Translations under genes and position numbers: made by a program
Notes under the pieces: generated by a model
The model's database searches: none
What the model was told of the DNA's origin: nothing
The model's input: the letters and a program-made list of their open reading frames with translations, nothing else
Shown here: one piece after another, positions 1-13,080 of the stretch
How the letters are laid out: each line of letters opens with the position of its first letter
Position numbering within the stretch: position 1 is the stretch's first letter
From: Camelus dromedarius
Taxonomy: Eukaryota
Assembly: GCF_036321535.1 (NCBI RefSeq)
Contig: NC_087436.1
Coordinates: 86,058,001-86,122,000, forward strand
DNA length: 64,000 nucleotides
Direction: 5' to 3'

Positions 1-29
1 TTGAATTTTCTTTTGCTTCTAAAATAAAT

Positions 30-265
30 CATTTTGACCCTTGAATAACATGGGTTTGAACTTCACGGGTCCACTTATACACAGATTTTTTTCACAATAA
101 TAAATACTACAGCACTATGCAGTCCAAGGTTGGATAAATTTGTGGATGTAGAACCACAGATACAGAGGCACCTCCAATATGGAGGGTCTACTACAAGTTA
201 TGCATGAATTTTCAACTGGACCGAGGGTGGATACCCCAACATTTGTGTTGTTCAAGGGTCAACTG
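30..265. mobile_element. TcMar-Tigger (Tigger2-like) non-autonomous DNA transposon
   Basis: Terminal inverted repeats TTGACCCTTGAATAACA ... TGTTGTTCAAGGGTCAACTG followed by TA. Confidence 0.8.
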
Positions 266-323
266 TATAGGAATAATAATAATAAGAGTTGGTTCATGTG
301 GTTATCATGAGCCTTATTTAAGA

Positions 324-480
324 TATGTGATACTACTCAGCCATAAAAAAGAATAAAATAATGCCATTTGCAGCAACATGGATGCACCTGGAGATCATCA
401 TTCTAAGTGAAGTGGGCTGGAAAGAGAAAGAAAAATGCCATATAATATCACTTACATGTGGAATCTAAAAAAAAAGGGGG
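324..480 (+). mobile_element. L1 fragment (ORF2 end/3' UTR)
   Basis: TACTACTCAGCCATAAAAAAGAAT...TTTGCAGCAACATGGATG, a hallmark L1 sequence. Confidence 0.85.
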
Positions 481-2694
481 GGGGACACAAATGAACTACC
501 TATTATTTATAACTTAGATGATTAATTTCTTGAATATGTGTAAGCACATTTGACTGTCCTTTATGATTGGATTACCACATTCTGTTGATTCTTATTTTGT
601 GGTTGGCTTTATTCCTTTGATAACTATGTAAGTTTAAAAAGCTAAAGCTCTAAACTATTCTTAGAAACAATGATCAGTACATATATGTAAACTAAAAAAA
701 ATGGGCAGTATATTGTATATATGTATTTACATGCAATATATTGTATATGTGCAGTCAAATTGTAACAATACTACCTAATAAAGCTGAAAAATGAAAAAAA
801 ATGTGATAGCAGTCTTTGCGTATTATAAGCATATTCATTATTATGATTAGACCTCAGACTCTGATTGGCTAATGACTTTCCCCAGCAAAACCAACTTATG
901 AATTTTTTCTGATGATCTAGTTGGTCCACGCATCATATTTATGGAGCATCAACCCTATGCAGGTGCAGGATTTCTTATCATAATCTGAGTAAATTCCTGC
1001 AATCTAGTCTAAGCAACAGGGATAGAACTACAAGGAGCTGGACTGGTTGGTTTTTCTTAATGCAGTATCATGTACAAAACTCTACATTTAAAAAGAAAAA
1101 TCAATAAAAGGCTCCTCTAATGTATTAAAAAAAAAACTGGATTTATGATCATTCTAGTTAGAACTTTTCAGGAGTTCAGCTAAACAGATTTTGACCCTTA
1201 AGTCTTTATTGAAAGCCAATTGTTAGTTTATAAAAACTTCCCTTCAGATTCTTAATTACTATTGTTATAAACACAATGATTTGGCAACAGAAATGGAATA
1301 AATCATGTTTAAGGGAAAAGGAAAGATAAACTGTTGGGGAGAGAAAAGGAAGTAGAAGGAAAATGCCCTTTTCCAGCAGAAAATGATATTATTGTTATTC
1401 TAAAAAATAACAATTTTCACCAAGAGCTCTCCACAGTTTCAAGATGCTAACAAGGAAAGGCTTGTTCACAATCAGAAACATCAGAATCAAGATAGTGACA
1501 CTATTTAAAGGAACTCAGCATGAGGAAATTCTAGATTTCCTGGAGCATTTAATGCCAGCTCCCAGTGGTTCAGAATGAGAACAGAGTATAGCAGGACCAC
1601 AACAAGGTGAGGCCAGTGAGATGCCTCTGGTGCAAAATTTAAGGAGGCACTCAGGATTCCCGGCTCTGTGGAGGTCCCCTGGTCCCCATTCTACAGTACA
1701 GCTACAAGGATAAAGAATTTCCACTGTAGTGTCATTAACACAGAAGCGCGCTATGAAGTGGCCAGCCCTCAGCTGGAGCAAAACCCTTGTGTGCCGCCCT
1801 CCTCGCTGAAGCACGCCTCTGTGGATGGACTGGGTTCTTTGCCAAGTAGCCCCCATCGAAACCTAACCAGAGTTCTGAATCTGGAGAGGAATTGAGACTA
1901 AACAACGTTTGCTTATTCATACCAGAAGTGGAACAAATTCTCAATCTTAGTGAGGTAAAAGTCAGTGTTTCTGAGAAATTCACCCCAAGTTCCACAAATA
2001 CGCAAGTGTATTTCTTATGAAAACAGCCACCACCCAAGGCCACCCACACACTTCATTCCACTAGTGCTCACGACCAGAAATTCCTCTGCCTCCGGCTCTT
2101 CTTGCTTCTGCTTCACTCCAGGCTTGGACAGACCATCCATTTTCGTAGCACACTTTTCAGAAACAATTATAACCTGGTCCCATCTTTCTAGGGCCTGGAC
2201 CTGCTTACACAGGAGGAAGAACAAAGCCACTAACTTTTACACGGCCTAGCTAATCATGCAAGTGTGTCCAGGCTTCAAATAACTTGAATTTTAATTTTCT
2301 TTCCTTGGCAGAGTAATGACCAGTAAAATTCCAGATTTTATTTAAAATAAAAATGTGATTCTTCCCATAGGTCTATAAAGGATGTTATGGTGGCAAACAG
2401 CCCTCAATGGAGGGTTTGATTTTTCTTGATTCAAGAGACAATCTACTTAAACACTTTTTTTAGCACTTTTCAGATATGTCCCTGCTAAAAACATCCCACA
2501 CATTTGCTATAGTGTTTGCTGTCCCTTTTATTTTTTTTAAACTAGAGAAAAGCCCAGCCATTATGTCATAGGCATTTGTATTGTGGCACATGGACAGGAG
2601 CTTTGGGTCAGCATTGAATTTGACCTCCAGAGTTGCTTTCTCAGTTAGTCTGCTGCCCTAAATCCTACTGTAACTCCTCCCTTTGTGGGTGAGG

Positions 2695-4010
2695 GATTCA
2701 TTTAATCTTACAACAAATATTTACTAAGCATTTACTCTGGAACAGACATTATTCTAGGCACCGGGGATGCATCAGTGAAAAAGCAGATACAAATCCTGCC
2801 ATCATGTAGCTTACAATCTAGCAGAGGAGACAGAAAATAGCAATGAGCTCATTGATAAACCATATATTGAGTTAGAAGGTTACAAGTTGGGTTCAGGGTT
2901 GGCGGGGAGAGAAAGTAGAGCAGGGTGAGACAGGAAGTGCTGCGGGCAGGGGCAGCATGGGCTGGGCTGTGGATGGTGCCGGTGTCAATATTAAATCAGC
3001 AGCGATGGCCAGCTTCATGGAAAGGGTGAAGTTGAGCACACATGTAAACTGAGGGAATTATCCAAGCATGGCTAAGGGAGGAACATTCCAGGCAAAGGGA
3101 ACAACCAGTTCAAAGGCCATAACATGGATTTGCCCTTGTGTTCTGGAAACAGCAATGAGGCCAGTAAGGTTGGAAGGGAGAAGGCGAGGGAGAGAACAGG
3201 AGAAGGCAGAGAGGTGGCAGAGGCTGGATCTTGCAGGACTTTGACAGCTATTTTAGACACTTTATGTTTTACTTTGAGTAAAATGAAGAATCATTTGAGC
3301 AAAGGGGTGAGCATGATCTGACTTCATCTTAGAAGGGTCACTCTGGCTGCTATATTGAAAACAGTCTGTCATGGAACGGGAAAGAGCAAAGCAAGATAGA
3401 CGTTTTAGGAAGATACTGCAGGAGTCCAGGTGAAAGGTGATGGTGGCTTGGCGCAGGATGGTGGCTTTACAATGGAGGTAGTGGTCAGATTCTAAATACA
3501 TCCTGGATATGCTTAAGGTAGAGCCAAAGTCTTGACATATTAGATGAAAAGTGTGAGAAAGAGAAAAAGAATTGTCAAGAATGACTCCAAAATTTGGGGC
3601 ATAAGCAACTGGAAGATTAGAGTTGCCATCAGTGGAGATGAGGGAGACTGAGGTAGATCAGCTTAAGGGAAGAAGTAGAAGTCAAGTTTTGAAGTTAAGA
3701 GGTCAACTCTTTGACATCCAAATGAAGATGTTGAGTAGGTAGTTGGACACAAGAATCTGTAGTTCAGGAGAGAGGACTGGGTTGGAAATAGATGTTTAGG
3801 AATTGTCAGAATTTCGATGCTGTGTGAAGCTATGAGGATAGATGAGACCAAAAAAAGAAATTCAAAGACATAGCCTTAGGGCGCTCCAACATAAATAGAG
3901 GCCAGGAGAAGAGAAGGATCAGCAAAGAGACTGAGAAAAAGCAACCAGTAGTGCAGGAGAAAAACCAAGGGAGGTTGATGTCTTGGAAGCCCAGTGAAGA
4001 AAGTACGTTA
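2695..4010 (-). mobile_element. L2 LINE fragment
   Basis: Begins with reversed L2 3' end (ATTCATTTAA...CAAATATTTACTAAGCATTTACT) followed by purine-rich L2-type body. Confidence 0.8.
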
Positions 4011-4069
4011 AAGATTGGAATTACAAACATTCCCATACAACTTTCTCATTTGTGGCAAAAGGGTTGCAT

Positions 4070-4460
4070 CACTTTGAGTTTTGAATGCATTTGTTGCAAG
4101 TGACAGAAAACATAAAAACTGTCATTTAAACATGCATGTCTGTCTTGCAAAAAAGGAATCTGGAAGTATGTAGGTCAGAACTAATGCACCTGTGCATGAA
4201 TGTCATCAAGGAGACTGACTTTGTCTCTTGGACTGCCATTTTTAGTGTGTGCTTTTTAATTTCCTGGTCAAAAAATGGCAGCTGCAACTCCATGCAGTGT
4301 CTTCAAGTTCCAGGCAGGAAGAAATGGGAAGGACAAAGTGAGAGAGAAAAAACTTTTTCTGAAATTTTTCCCTTTTTAGTGCAACATGGAAGTCCTCTTC
4401 AGAAATTATACCAACATTGTATTGACCACAATCCTGTGACATGGCAAACCCTAGCTGCTT
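4070..4460 (-). mobile_element. Old MaLR (MLT1-like) LTR
   Basis: TTGCAAGTGACAGAAAAC...AAAATGGCAGCTGCAACTCC motifs; family assigned from memory. Confidence 0.5.
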
Positions 4461-5109
4461 TCCAGCTTTCATATTAGGAAAAAGCAATAAAAACAATATA
4501 TAGAAAAGTTGTTGCATGAACCAATCTATAATTTCTGCTGCAGAGGGTAAGAAATTATGCAGAGATAAAGATCTCATGGCTGTAAAAGTAGATCAGAAGT
4601 TGGAGCTTCCAAGGTAATATTTCTCTGATAAATTTATGCATCTTAATGACTTGGTACCCATATCTAAGAGTTGTAACCAGACCACTGCCCTTGCTTCCAT
4701 TTGTACCTCATTTTGCCTTTAGTCTGATCAGTACCCAAGAACTTCACATGACAGTCCTTCTTATGACTCTTTTTTGGACCAATACCATTCTCATTTAAAA
4801 TGATATCAACTAAGAGGATAACTTCAAGAGCCAAACTTTCAGCCTCTTGATCCTGCCTTTCAAAGACATGTTCTATCTGTAGACTAAAGATATTAAATAT
4901 TCACCAGTACACTTTATAAAGGAAAGGTCTATTCATGAAGCCAGGAATATTGTTCTTTTGGCTTAGAATGCTCCTACCTTCCTCTCTGCCTAGAAAAAAA
5001 TTCCCTCAAAGCCCAGTTCAAACGCTTCTCTGCAATATTCCCCAGATTAATTAAAAGCTCTTTTCTCTGTACTCTGATAGTACTTTGAATTATATATCAT
5101 ACTGCATTT

Positions 5110-6475
5110 TATCAAAATTCGTAGGATGCATCTAAAATAATACTTAGAGGGAAATGTATAGCACTGAATTCTTACATTAGAAAGTATTAAGGTCTCAAAT
5201 AAATTAACTAAGCTTCTACCTTAAGAAACTAGAAAAGAAAGAAAAAATTCAAACAAAAGAAAGGAAAAGAAGTAACAGTTAAAAAAAAATCAATGAAATA
5301 GAAATGGAACAAACAATAGAGAAAAGACAAACAATGAAGCCAAAAGCTGATTCTTTGAAACTATCGCTAAAATTGATAGACTTCTAATCAATATCACCAG
5401 TAAGACACAAATTAATATCATGAATAAATGAGGATATAACATTACAAAACTTACAATATTAAATAATAATAAGGAATGTTATCAACAACTTTATGGTAAT
5501 AAATTCAATAACTTTATGCTAAAAAATTCATAATTGATATGGACATATTCTTTCAAAAATACAAATTATCCAACTTACTCAAGAATAAGTAAATAACATG
5601 AATAGCCCTTTATCTATTAAGGAAATTGAATTCTTAATTTACAACCTTCCAACAAAGAAACTTCCAGGCCCAGGTGAATTTAATGGTAAATTATATCAAA
5701 CATTTAAAAAAGAAATAATACCAATTCTACATAAAACTCTTTCAGAAACTAGAGAAGGAAGAAATATGTCCCAACTCATTCTATGAGGCCATTATTGCCT
5801 TGACACCAAACAAAGGAAAGATATGACAAGAACAGAAAACTACGGGCCAGTATTCATTATAAACATAAATTTTAAAATCCTTAAAACATTATCAAATTAG
5901 TCCAGCAATATATAAAAAGAATAATAATCACAACTCAGAGAAATTTAACACAGAAATGCAAAATTGCTTAGCTTTTGGAAATCAGTCAATATAGTTCACC
6001 ATGTTAACAAATGAAAAAAGAATGATAATCTCAACTTTTTATGATAATTTCATCAGATGCAGAAAAAAGCTTTCCTAATCAGCTTTCACCATTTCCATTC
6101 AACTTTGTACTAGAATTCCTAGTCACTGCAATAAGATAAGTAAAATAAATAAAAGGCATCCAAATTGGAAAGGAAGAATTTTAAAATTGTATTTTCTTAC
6201 AGATAACATCATTGTCTATGTTAAAAAAAAAATCCTTAGGAATCTACAGAGTTGTAGAATATAAGATCATTACATTTCTATACACTAGCTTCAAATAGAA
6301 AAAGAAAATAATGCCATTTATAATTACATCAAAAATGAAATATTCAGAAAAAACAAGATATATGTAAGTACACCAAACACTACAAAATATTACTGTTAAA
6401 ATAAAGAAGATCTAAGTAGATGAAGAAATGTAGCATGTTTACAGATTGGAAGACTCAATATTGTTAAGATGTCAA
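5110..6475 (+). mobile_element. Degenerate L1 ORF2 fragment
   Basis: A-rich; ORF 5598-5786 (KKLPGPGEFNGKLYQTFKKEIIPIL) resembles L1 ORF2p; many stops and deletions. Confidence 0.88.
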
Positions 6476-7494
6476 GAGCGTAAGCCCTTTGACACAAGCA
6501 AATTTCGAGTATCTATTGTATCATAATAATAATAATAATCTATTATTATCCTGTTAATAAAAGAGAGTCACATGGTCAAGCCTAACATCAACAAAGTGAA
6601 AATATCTAGTCCTCCTGTGAAGATGAGGGAGAGGAATATAGTTGTGAAGTATAATTCGATTCACCACAGTGTTCACTGAACATTAGTGACATCAGTATCC
6701 CTGGGACTTAACATAATACATGGAAAATGATTGTTGAATAATGATTAAAGAAATGTCTTTTTAGACAAGTCAGCCAAAATACCACTTTATGGTTTAATTT
6801 GGAAGGATCCTTGTTTCTAAAATCACAACTAGAGTGTCACAACCTTACTGCATGGTGATGCTGTCACCTCACCAGGCACATTTCTTAGACTCAACCATCA
6901 CTAGAGTCTCACTCTGGTTGCAAAAGGAGTTATAATAGAAGCCAAACAGCAGCACTAAAACACAATCATTCTAGCTAGGAATGGGAAATTGCCTTTTATT
7001 TCCCTTCCTGTTTTCTATAGAGTTGAAGTAGAATGGTTGGGTTGAACAGGTGTAAGAATAGAAAATAATCTTTATTTATTGGTGTCCCAAAAAATCCCCC
7101 TTTATACCTGTTCTGTAAAGTTCATTCTTCCTGTCCCTTTAGATAAAATTTAGAATCAACTCACTGACATTTCTTGCCATGCATAGATAATAAAATATTC
7201 TTCACTTCCTCCAGTATACTAACTGTAAACTCTAGACTTCATGTGAAGTTTTAATTTCTATTTCTCCACCTTGGACCTCCTGAAGAAGTAAAGGCTGCAG
7301 TGGTAAAGAGATGGATATGATGAATTCCTTGTCTATTTTCCCTAACTAGAGCTTTCTTTTTAATTCCTCCCATACTCACTTTGTTACCTCCAGGCCCTCC
7401 AAAGTTCAGGGGAGAAGGATATCATTTGGGGAAGAAATAAAGAAGATAAGAGAGATCTTACTTGACTGGTACTCTGTTGGGTCAGTGTCAAGAC

Positions 7495-7880
7495 TGTAAA
7501 GGGTCTGAGATTTTATCCTACTTGTAAGCTAATAAGTTAGTTCCCCATAGTTTCATGGATGCTGTCAAAAGATACAAGACTCCTAGGTCAGAAACAAAGG
7601 ATTTACTGTACTTACAGTACAGTAAACAGCACAAACTTTATGTTAGTTTGCCCTGCCCCCAAAGCCCTATGGGGACAATACAAGTGGCCTAGGTGGATGG
7701 TACACAGGGAATGGGTTTGTGTCACAGCTGCAGAACCCTAAGCTTAGGAAACACCAATCTTTTAAAATTGCAGGCAAATCTGACCAACCTCCATCCCAGA
7801 AGAAGACATTGTCTTTATTAAACTGGCCATCCAACGAATCTGCACTCTGCTCTGGAGTCTGTCTCTGTCTTCCATGATAC
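7495..7880. mobile_element. Probable ERV-type LTR
   Basis: TGTAAAGGGTCTGAGATTTTATCCTACTTGTAAGCTAATAAGTTAG resembles an eutherian LTR; family not determined. Confidence 0.45.
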
Positions 7881-10359
7881 GGAGACGTGGTTGCCTATTG
7901 TATTAATTTCTGAATCCCAGTACCTAAAACAGTGCCTAGCTCAATAACACCAAAGAAGAGAGGGATAAAAGTTTGGGAGGATGGATGTGAAGGTGGCCAT
8001 GTTGTCTGGAATCAAACCAAGACAGGGATTGCAGGAAGTAAGGCCACCCGGTCTGGCTCCCCCAGCCCTAGCTTCCGTTCACAAATGTTCGGACACCACT
8101 TGTGAACCCTGGTTGCAGAAAAGCTTTCGTTTTATCAGAAGGCTCCAGTAAGCTATACTGTATGTCCTACTCCCCAGGCTCTTTGTTCCTCCCGAGCAAG
8201 GACTCTGGCCTGCTCCCACCACAATTTTCTGCTTGCTGCTCTGCTGTCACATAATGTTCCCCTCAGGTAAGTAGCCAGGTGGAAAGTCTGCCAGCTGCCT
8301 AATTTAGGTATAAGCATTCTAGAGATCAACAAAACAAAGGCAAGGCTGTTCTCTAATATATATTTGTTGAAGGAATTAATTAAAAAATGACTTTCTGGGG
8401 CCAGATCACTGCATCATGTTCTCATGCATTTTCTCCATTTAGAAAACCAAACCCCAGCCTCTCTAGGAAGAAAGGATGTCCAATAACCTCAGGCTAGGGA
8501 AAGATGCACCCACTCTGGAATTGTCTTCAAATACACCAGATATCGCACGCCATCCTGCGGGATAGCAAGCGCAACAAAATAAGAAATGTAATGCAATCCT
8601 CAAGATGGGGGGGGGGGGAAGGTTTTCTTCATTTCCAAGAAAAGTTACTTACTTCCTCATCGAGCCTGAAACTTGGACCAACCAAACGATCTGCAGCTTA
8701 AGGCACTGCACAGAAAATACTGGATCTGATTCTGTTTGGAGCAGTCAGCATGAAATGTAATGAAATTCAAAATAGACAGGATACACATGCTCCAGAGGGA
8801 AGTCATTAATACCCATGAATAATGATAAAGCAAAATACCATCTGCCAGGATAATGTGGCAAATCTTTTTAAAATTCCAATTAGCCTATTACCAGAAACAG
8901 GGAGCAAATATACTCCCCCAGCCATGTGAGACCATGTGTCCTTGATGTCTCTGTCACTATATATGTAGACAAGAATGTGGATGATGGAAACATTATCCAT
9001 GTAGGAATACATGGGGGATGCGTTCATTATTCTTCAGGACACGGATACTGTTTATGTAACTGGGTGGAACAGAATGCTGTAATCTGCTAATTAAGGAGAT
9101 ATATATATATATATATATACCCACACACATATATATATAATTTTTATATATATTTTAAGGCTGAGGGTGAAAAAATTGTGTCTATTATAAACACAGTATA
9201 TTAATTTTGCTGTAACAATGTGGTTGGACTTAATCCTTGTATGTATTTGAAGTCAGTGATAATGAAGCATTTATTTCTATCACTCCGTTATCCCAGGGAA
9301 AATTGCCTAGTTTTATGATGGTTTCAGATATTCTAAGCCATTTTCCTGACCTGCATTTTATGAACCACATAGCTATTAAAATCATAATATCCATTATTAG
9401 AACTGTTGTAGTAGAGCCTGAAAAGAAATTGCTCTTACACAGAAATGCAAAACAGTTCTGCAGGCCGGCTACTCCATCAGTTGTCTTTTGAAATATTTCA
9501 AGAAGCAAAGCAACTTATTTCTGAACGCTGACATTTCCCAGTAACTCTTGCTTTTCCACTGTTTGTTGTAGCGCAAACAACATTGGAATTAGTGTATTTG
9601 GAATTTCTAATCCCAAGGTTCCCATTACTGGAATTGTTATGATTTTTAGAAATCAAGTGATTTCCTCAGCTATAAAGTCTTCCCTTCCTCAACACACTAT
9701 TGTAAGAATCAAAATAAGCAAAAGTGAGAAGGATCTTGAAACAGTTTTAAAATCTTCCAATAGTAAAAGCCATTTTTTTGTTACCATACTGTATAAAATA
9801 GGCAGAACTGCCTGCATTAAATTAAGAGGTAGAATTATACATTAAAAAGGAGAACAAAAAGACCTCTCCACAGGCTTGGAGCCCCGATTTGATGCTAGAT
9901 TAAGCCGCTATTGTTTCATCAGCAGGATTATTGCTCCCTACGATCTGCCTCCCTCCTGGGGCTGGAACAGAGGCTGATCCAATACGCAACCTGCAGCCAC
10001 GCTCCTTCCAGCCTTAACTGCAAGGAAGTGTGCTTTGATCTGCAGGCTACCTGAACTTGGGCAACAAGGAGTTATGTTGGAACAGGGCGCTATATTCCAA
10101 TTATTAGCATAATCAACTTCCATTATCCATGAGTTGAAAACGAGGTGAGTTGTTTTTTGTTTTTTGATTTTTTAGTTCCTAAAGTCTTTTGATTCGGCGT
10201 GCTTTAGAACACAAAAACCCACATCCTGCCACACACATCACATCCCACTGAGCAATGTGAGGCAGAGGAAATCCTAGAAAACGGCAGGGAACTGGCAGAG
10301 CAGGTGATTCACGTGCAGCCATTCAAGAACTTACTGTGACAATCATATCTGAAGGCTTG

Positions 10360-10840
10360 GGCTCAATGTCAATTTATTTCTGCACCTGCTTTGGCCTAGC
10401 AGGTTGATTTCTAGGAATCTATCCTGACAAAACACTACTATATGTGCACAAGGATGTATGTACGTGCAAGGATTTTCATGAGTCATTTAAATAGCAAAGG
10501 ACTAGAAACTATAAATCTATCTACAGGAACATGATTGCATAAATTATGGTATATTTACATAATGGGATACTATGCTGCTGATAAAAAATGAGGGAGGTCT
10601 GTCTATCTTCTGACAGATATCTCTAAAATACAGCATTAAAAGAAAAAAACACTGTGGACTCTGGTGATAATGACGTGTCAATGTAGGTTCATCAACTGTA
10701 ACAAAGGTACCACTCTGGGGGGGATGTGAAGCTGTGCATGTGTGGGAGTGGAGGGAAGAAGGGAAATCTGTACCTTTGCTCAGTTTTGCTGTGAACTTAA
10801 AACTGGTCTAAAAAAATTGTCTGTTTTTTTAAAAAGAAAA
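10360..10840 (+). mobile_element. Old L1 (L1M-type) 3' fragments
   Basis: AAATTATGGTATATTTACATAATGGGATACTATG and TGTCAATGTAGGTTCATCAACTGTAACAAAGGTACCACTCTGG, ending in an A-rich tail. Confidence 0.75.
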
Positions 10841-11486
10841 AGAACAAAGCATATTACAAAGCATTACATAAAATACAATCTCATTTAGGTAAAATATGAA
10901 GCAAAAATAGAGATGTATATATATGTATATAAGCAGATGCACCGAAAGGGGCTGAAAGGATAAAAACACACAGAAGACGCAGTTCTGAAAAAATAGAAAG
11001 AAAGAGAAAAAGAGAGAGAGAAAGAGAAATAAAAAGGAAGGAAGGAAGGAAGGAAGAGAAAAGATGCAATTCCATCTCTGGGAACTGGGACCAAGACAGG
11101 GAAGAAGCTATGGTGAAAAAAGACTTTAACCTTTTACTTTACATCCTTCTGCAAAGTCTGAATGGTGTCCACAGTAAATGCAACCCTGTACTTGTGTAGG
11201 GGAAAAAATACCACACATGAAAGTACTATTATAACAAAGAAAAGACAGGATAAGGATGAGCCAAGGGCCAGTCATCTTGAAGTCAAATACTGGGTCTGAG
11301 AACTAACTAGCTCAAATAATATTTAAATCTAAAATTTCCTATCAGCTTCATGAAAACCACAATACAGAGTCCTACTGGAATGTTGCTAAGAAAGTAAATT
11401 AAACAGGATTGCTGTAATTTATGGTTAAACTAAAGACAACAATGCTGGAACTTTAGCATAACTTTAAATTATACGTATATATCTTA

Positions 11487-11492
11487 TTTATT
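11487..11492 (-). terminator. Distal polyadenylation signal AATAAA
   Basis: tttatt on + strand at the end of the putative 3' UTR. Confidence 0.75.
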
Positions 11493-12929
11493 GAAATATA
11501 AAGATCTTCATTTACATGTCTTAAAACAAAAACATGAATGGGGCATTTGTAATACAATTGTATTGGCAGACCCTTCCTATAGAGTTAGTTCTCAAACATT
11601 CACCACACCACTGTTTGGGAACATGTACGTATTTTTCTCTTTATTATTTCTAAAATAAAAATTTTGGACAATCAAAAGTGCAACAGTTAATGTGCCTGTG
11701 GGGAACATCACAGTTAAAAAAATATAAACAAAGGCAGTGATACAGCTTGTCATAAATGTTTTGGCAGTATTCTCCAAGTCTATATAGAAATACATATATA
11801 CATATTGATGTATAACATCATTTTATCTCACGTCCCTCTTCACAAAAATAGGACCGTTTTGTACAGATTGGCAGACCACATTTTAAGGACATCATCGATC
11901 ATTTGAAAAGTCACAAATTGTGTTTCTCAGGCCAACTTTGATTGTCTTCATAAAAATAGAAAGCAGGAAGCATTGACAAATTTTCATCTGGGGACTTTGC
12001 AGGAGGCCAAAAAGGAAACAAATCTACGATACACTGAAAACACTGTTACATTAAAAAAAAAAAAAATGCAGTCACACACAAACTCAGGTGAGAGCGTTCG
12101 TGAGGACTAGACCCTGATGGTCTGAGAATTTTCATCCAGCTTCATGATGTCACTCAAGACTCAAAGGACATCAAAGTGCAAAGCACCAACAAAAGAAGGC
12201 TGTACAAGGGAGAGGGAGAGATAAACAGAGTGCTTGAGCTGTGATTCTAGAAACACAAATGTATTTCAAGTCTAATGGGCTCTACAGAACCTAGTCAGGG
12301 TTTCTTTTTTAATTGCCCAATATGGCTCAGTCTTCACGCTTACCGTAAGAAAGGTGGGGCTTGCATTGAGATTATACCAGTAGGTAGTCAAGTACCTTGT
12401 GATTGCTTCTACATCTTCCAACGCATCACCTGCCAGGAGCACGTACAGTGATTGCAGTAATCACAGCCCATGTTTCATTCATATGGTATCAGCAATTAAG
12501 CGGCATTGCAGAGAATGCCAAAGAACCCACACCAACCGGTTTGACAGTTTGGATGGATGTGACAATCTGTCCTCCCATCTAACCCCAAGATACCAGTAAA
12601 ACTTTCCATTTTTTGCACCAAAATATTGACCTGGTTTTAGAGACTTGGTACACTGAATTGCAACATTTGCACATCCCTTTGGGGGGAAGTTGGTGGGGAG
12701 GGAATTCAGTTCCCTCGTGTAGTGAGAAGATCTGAAAAGCCAAGGTTTCACTTGCTCAGCCTCAGTTAAGACTGGAAAGTTAAATGAAGGGTAGCAATTG
12801 ATAGATAAATGGCATTAAACATCACTGACCCAGAGCCAAGATTTAAACAGTAGGTTTCCTACATGGTTGATTTCTAGCCCAGTTCCTAATTTCAAATTAT
12901 TTTTTTCCCATGGCAACTTTCTGCCATCT

Positions 12930-13080
12930 ATGTTGGTGTTTCCCAAGTCTGGCTGATCAGAACAGCCAGGATGTTTGTGAAAATACAAGTCTCTGCTCCC
13001 CCAGACCTCACCATTCAGAATCTCTGGGATGAGGACCTAGAGTCTGGTGATCCTGGTTGACAGTTACATTTGGAGACCGA
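12930..13080. mobile_element. MER5-like hAT-Charlie remnant inside the 3' UTR
   Basis: CCCCCAGACCTCACCATTCAGAATCTCTGGGATGAGGACC pattern. Confidence 0.5.

Noticed and set aside
5598..5786. ORF similar to L1 ORF2p
   Set aside because: Short remnant of a decayed L1, not a functional gene.
8264..10150. Strong plus-strand splice-donor motifs (CAG|GTAAGT ~8264, GAG|GTGAGT ~10142) suggesting an antisense lncRNA
   Set aside because: Isolated donor motifs are expected by chance in 64 kb and no exon chain could be built.
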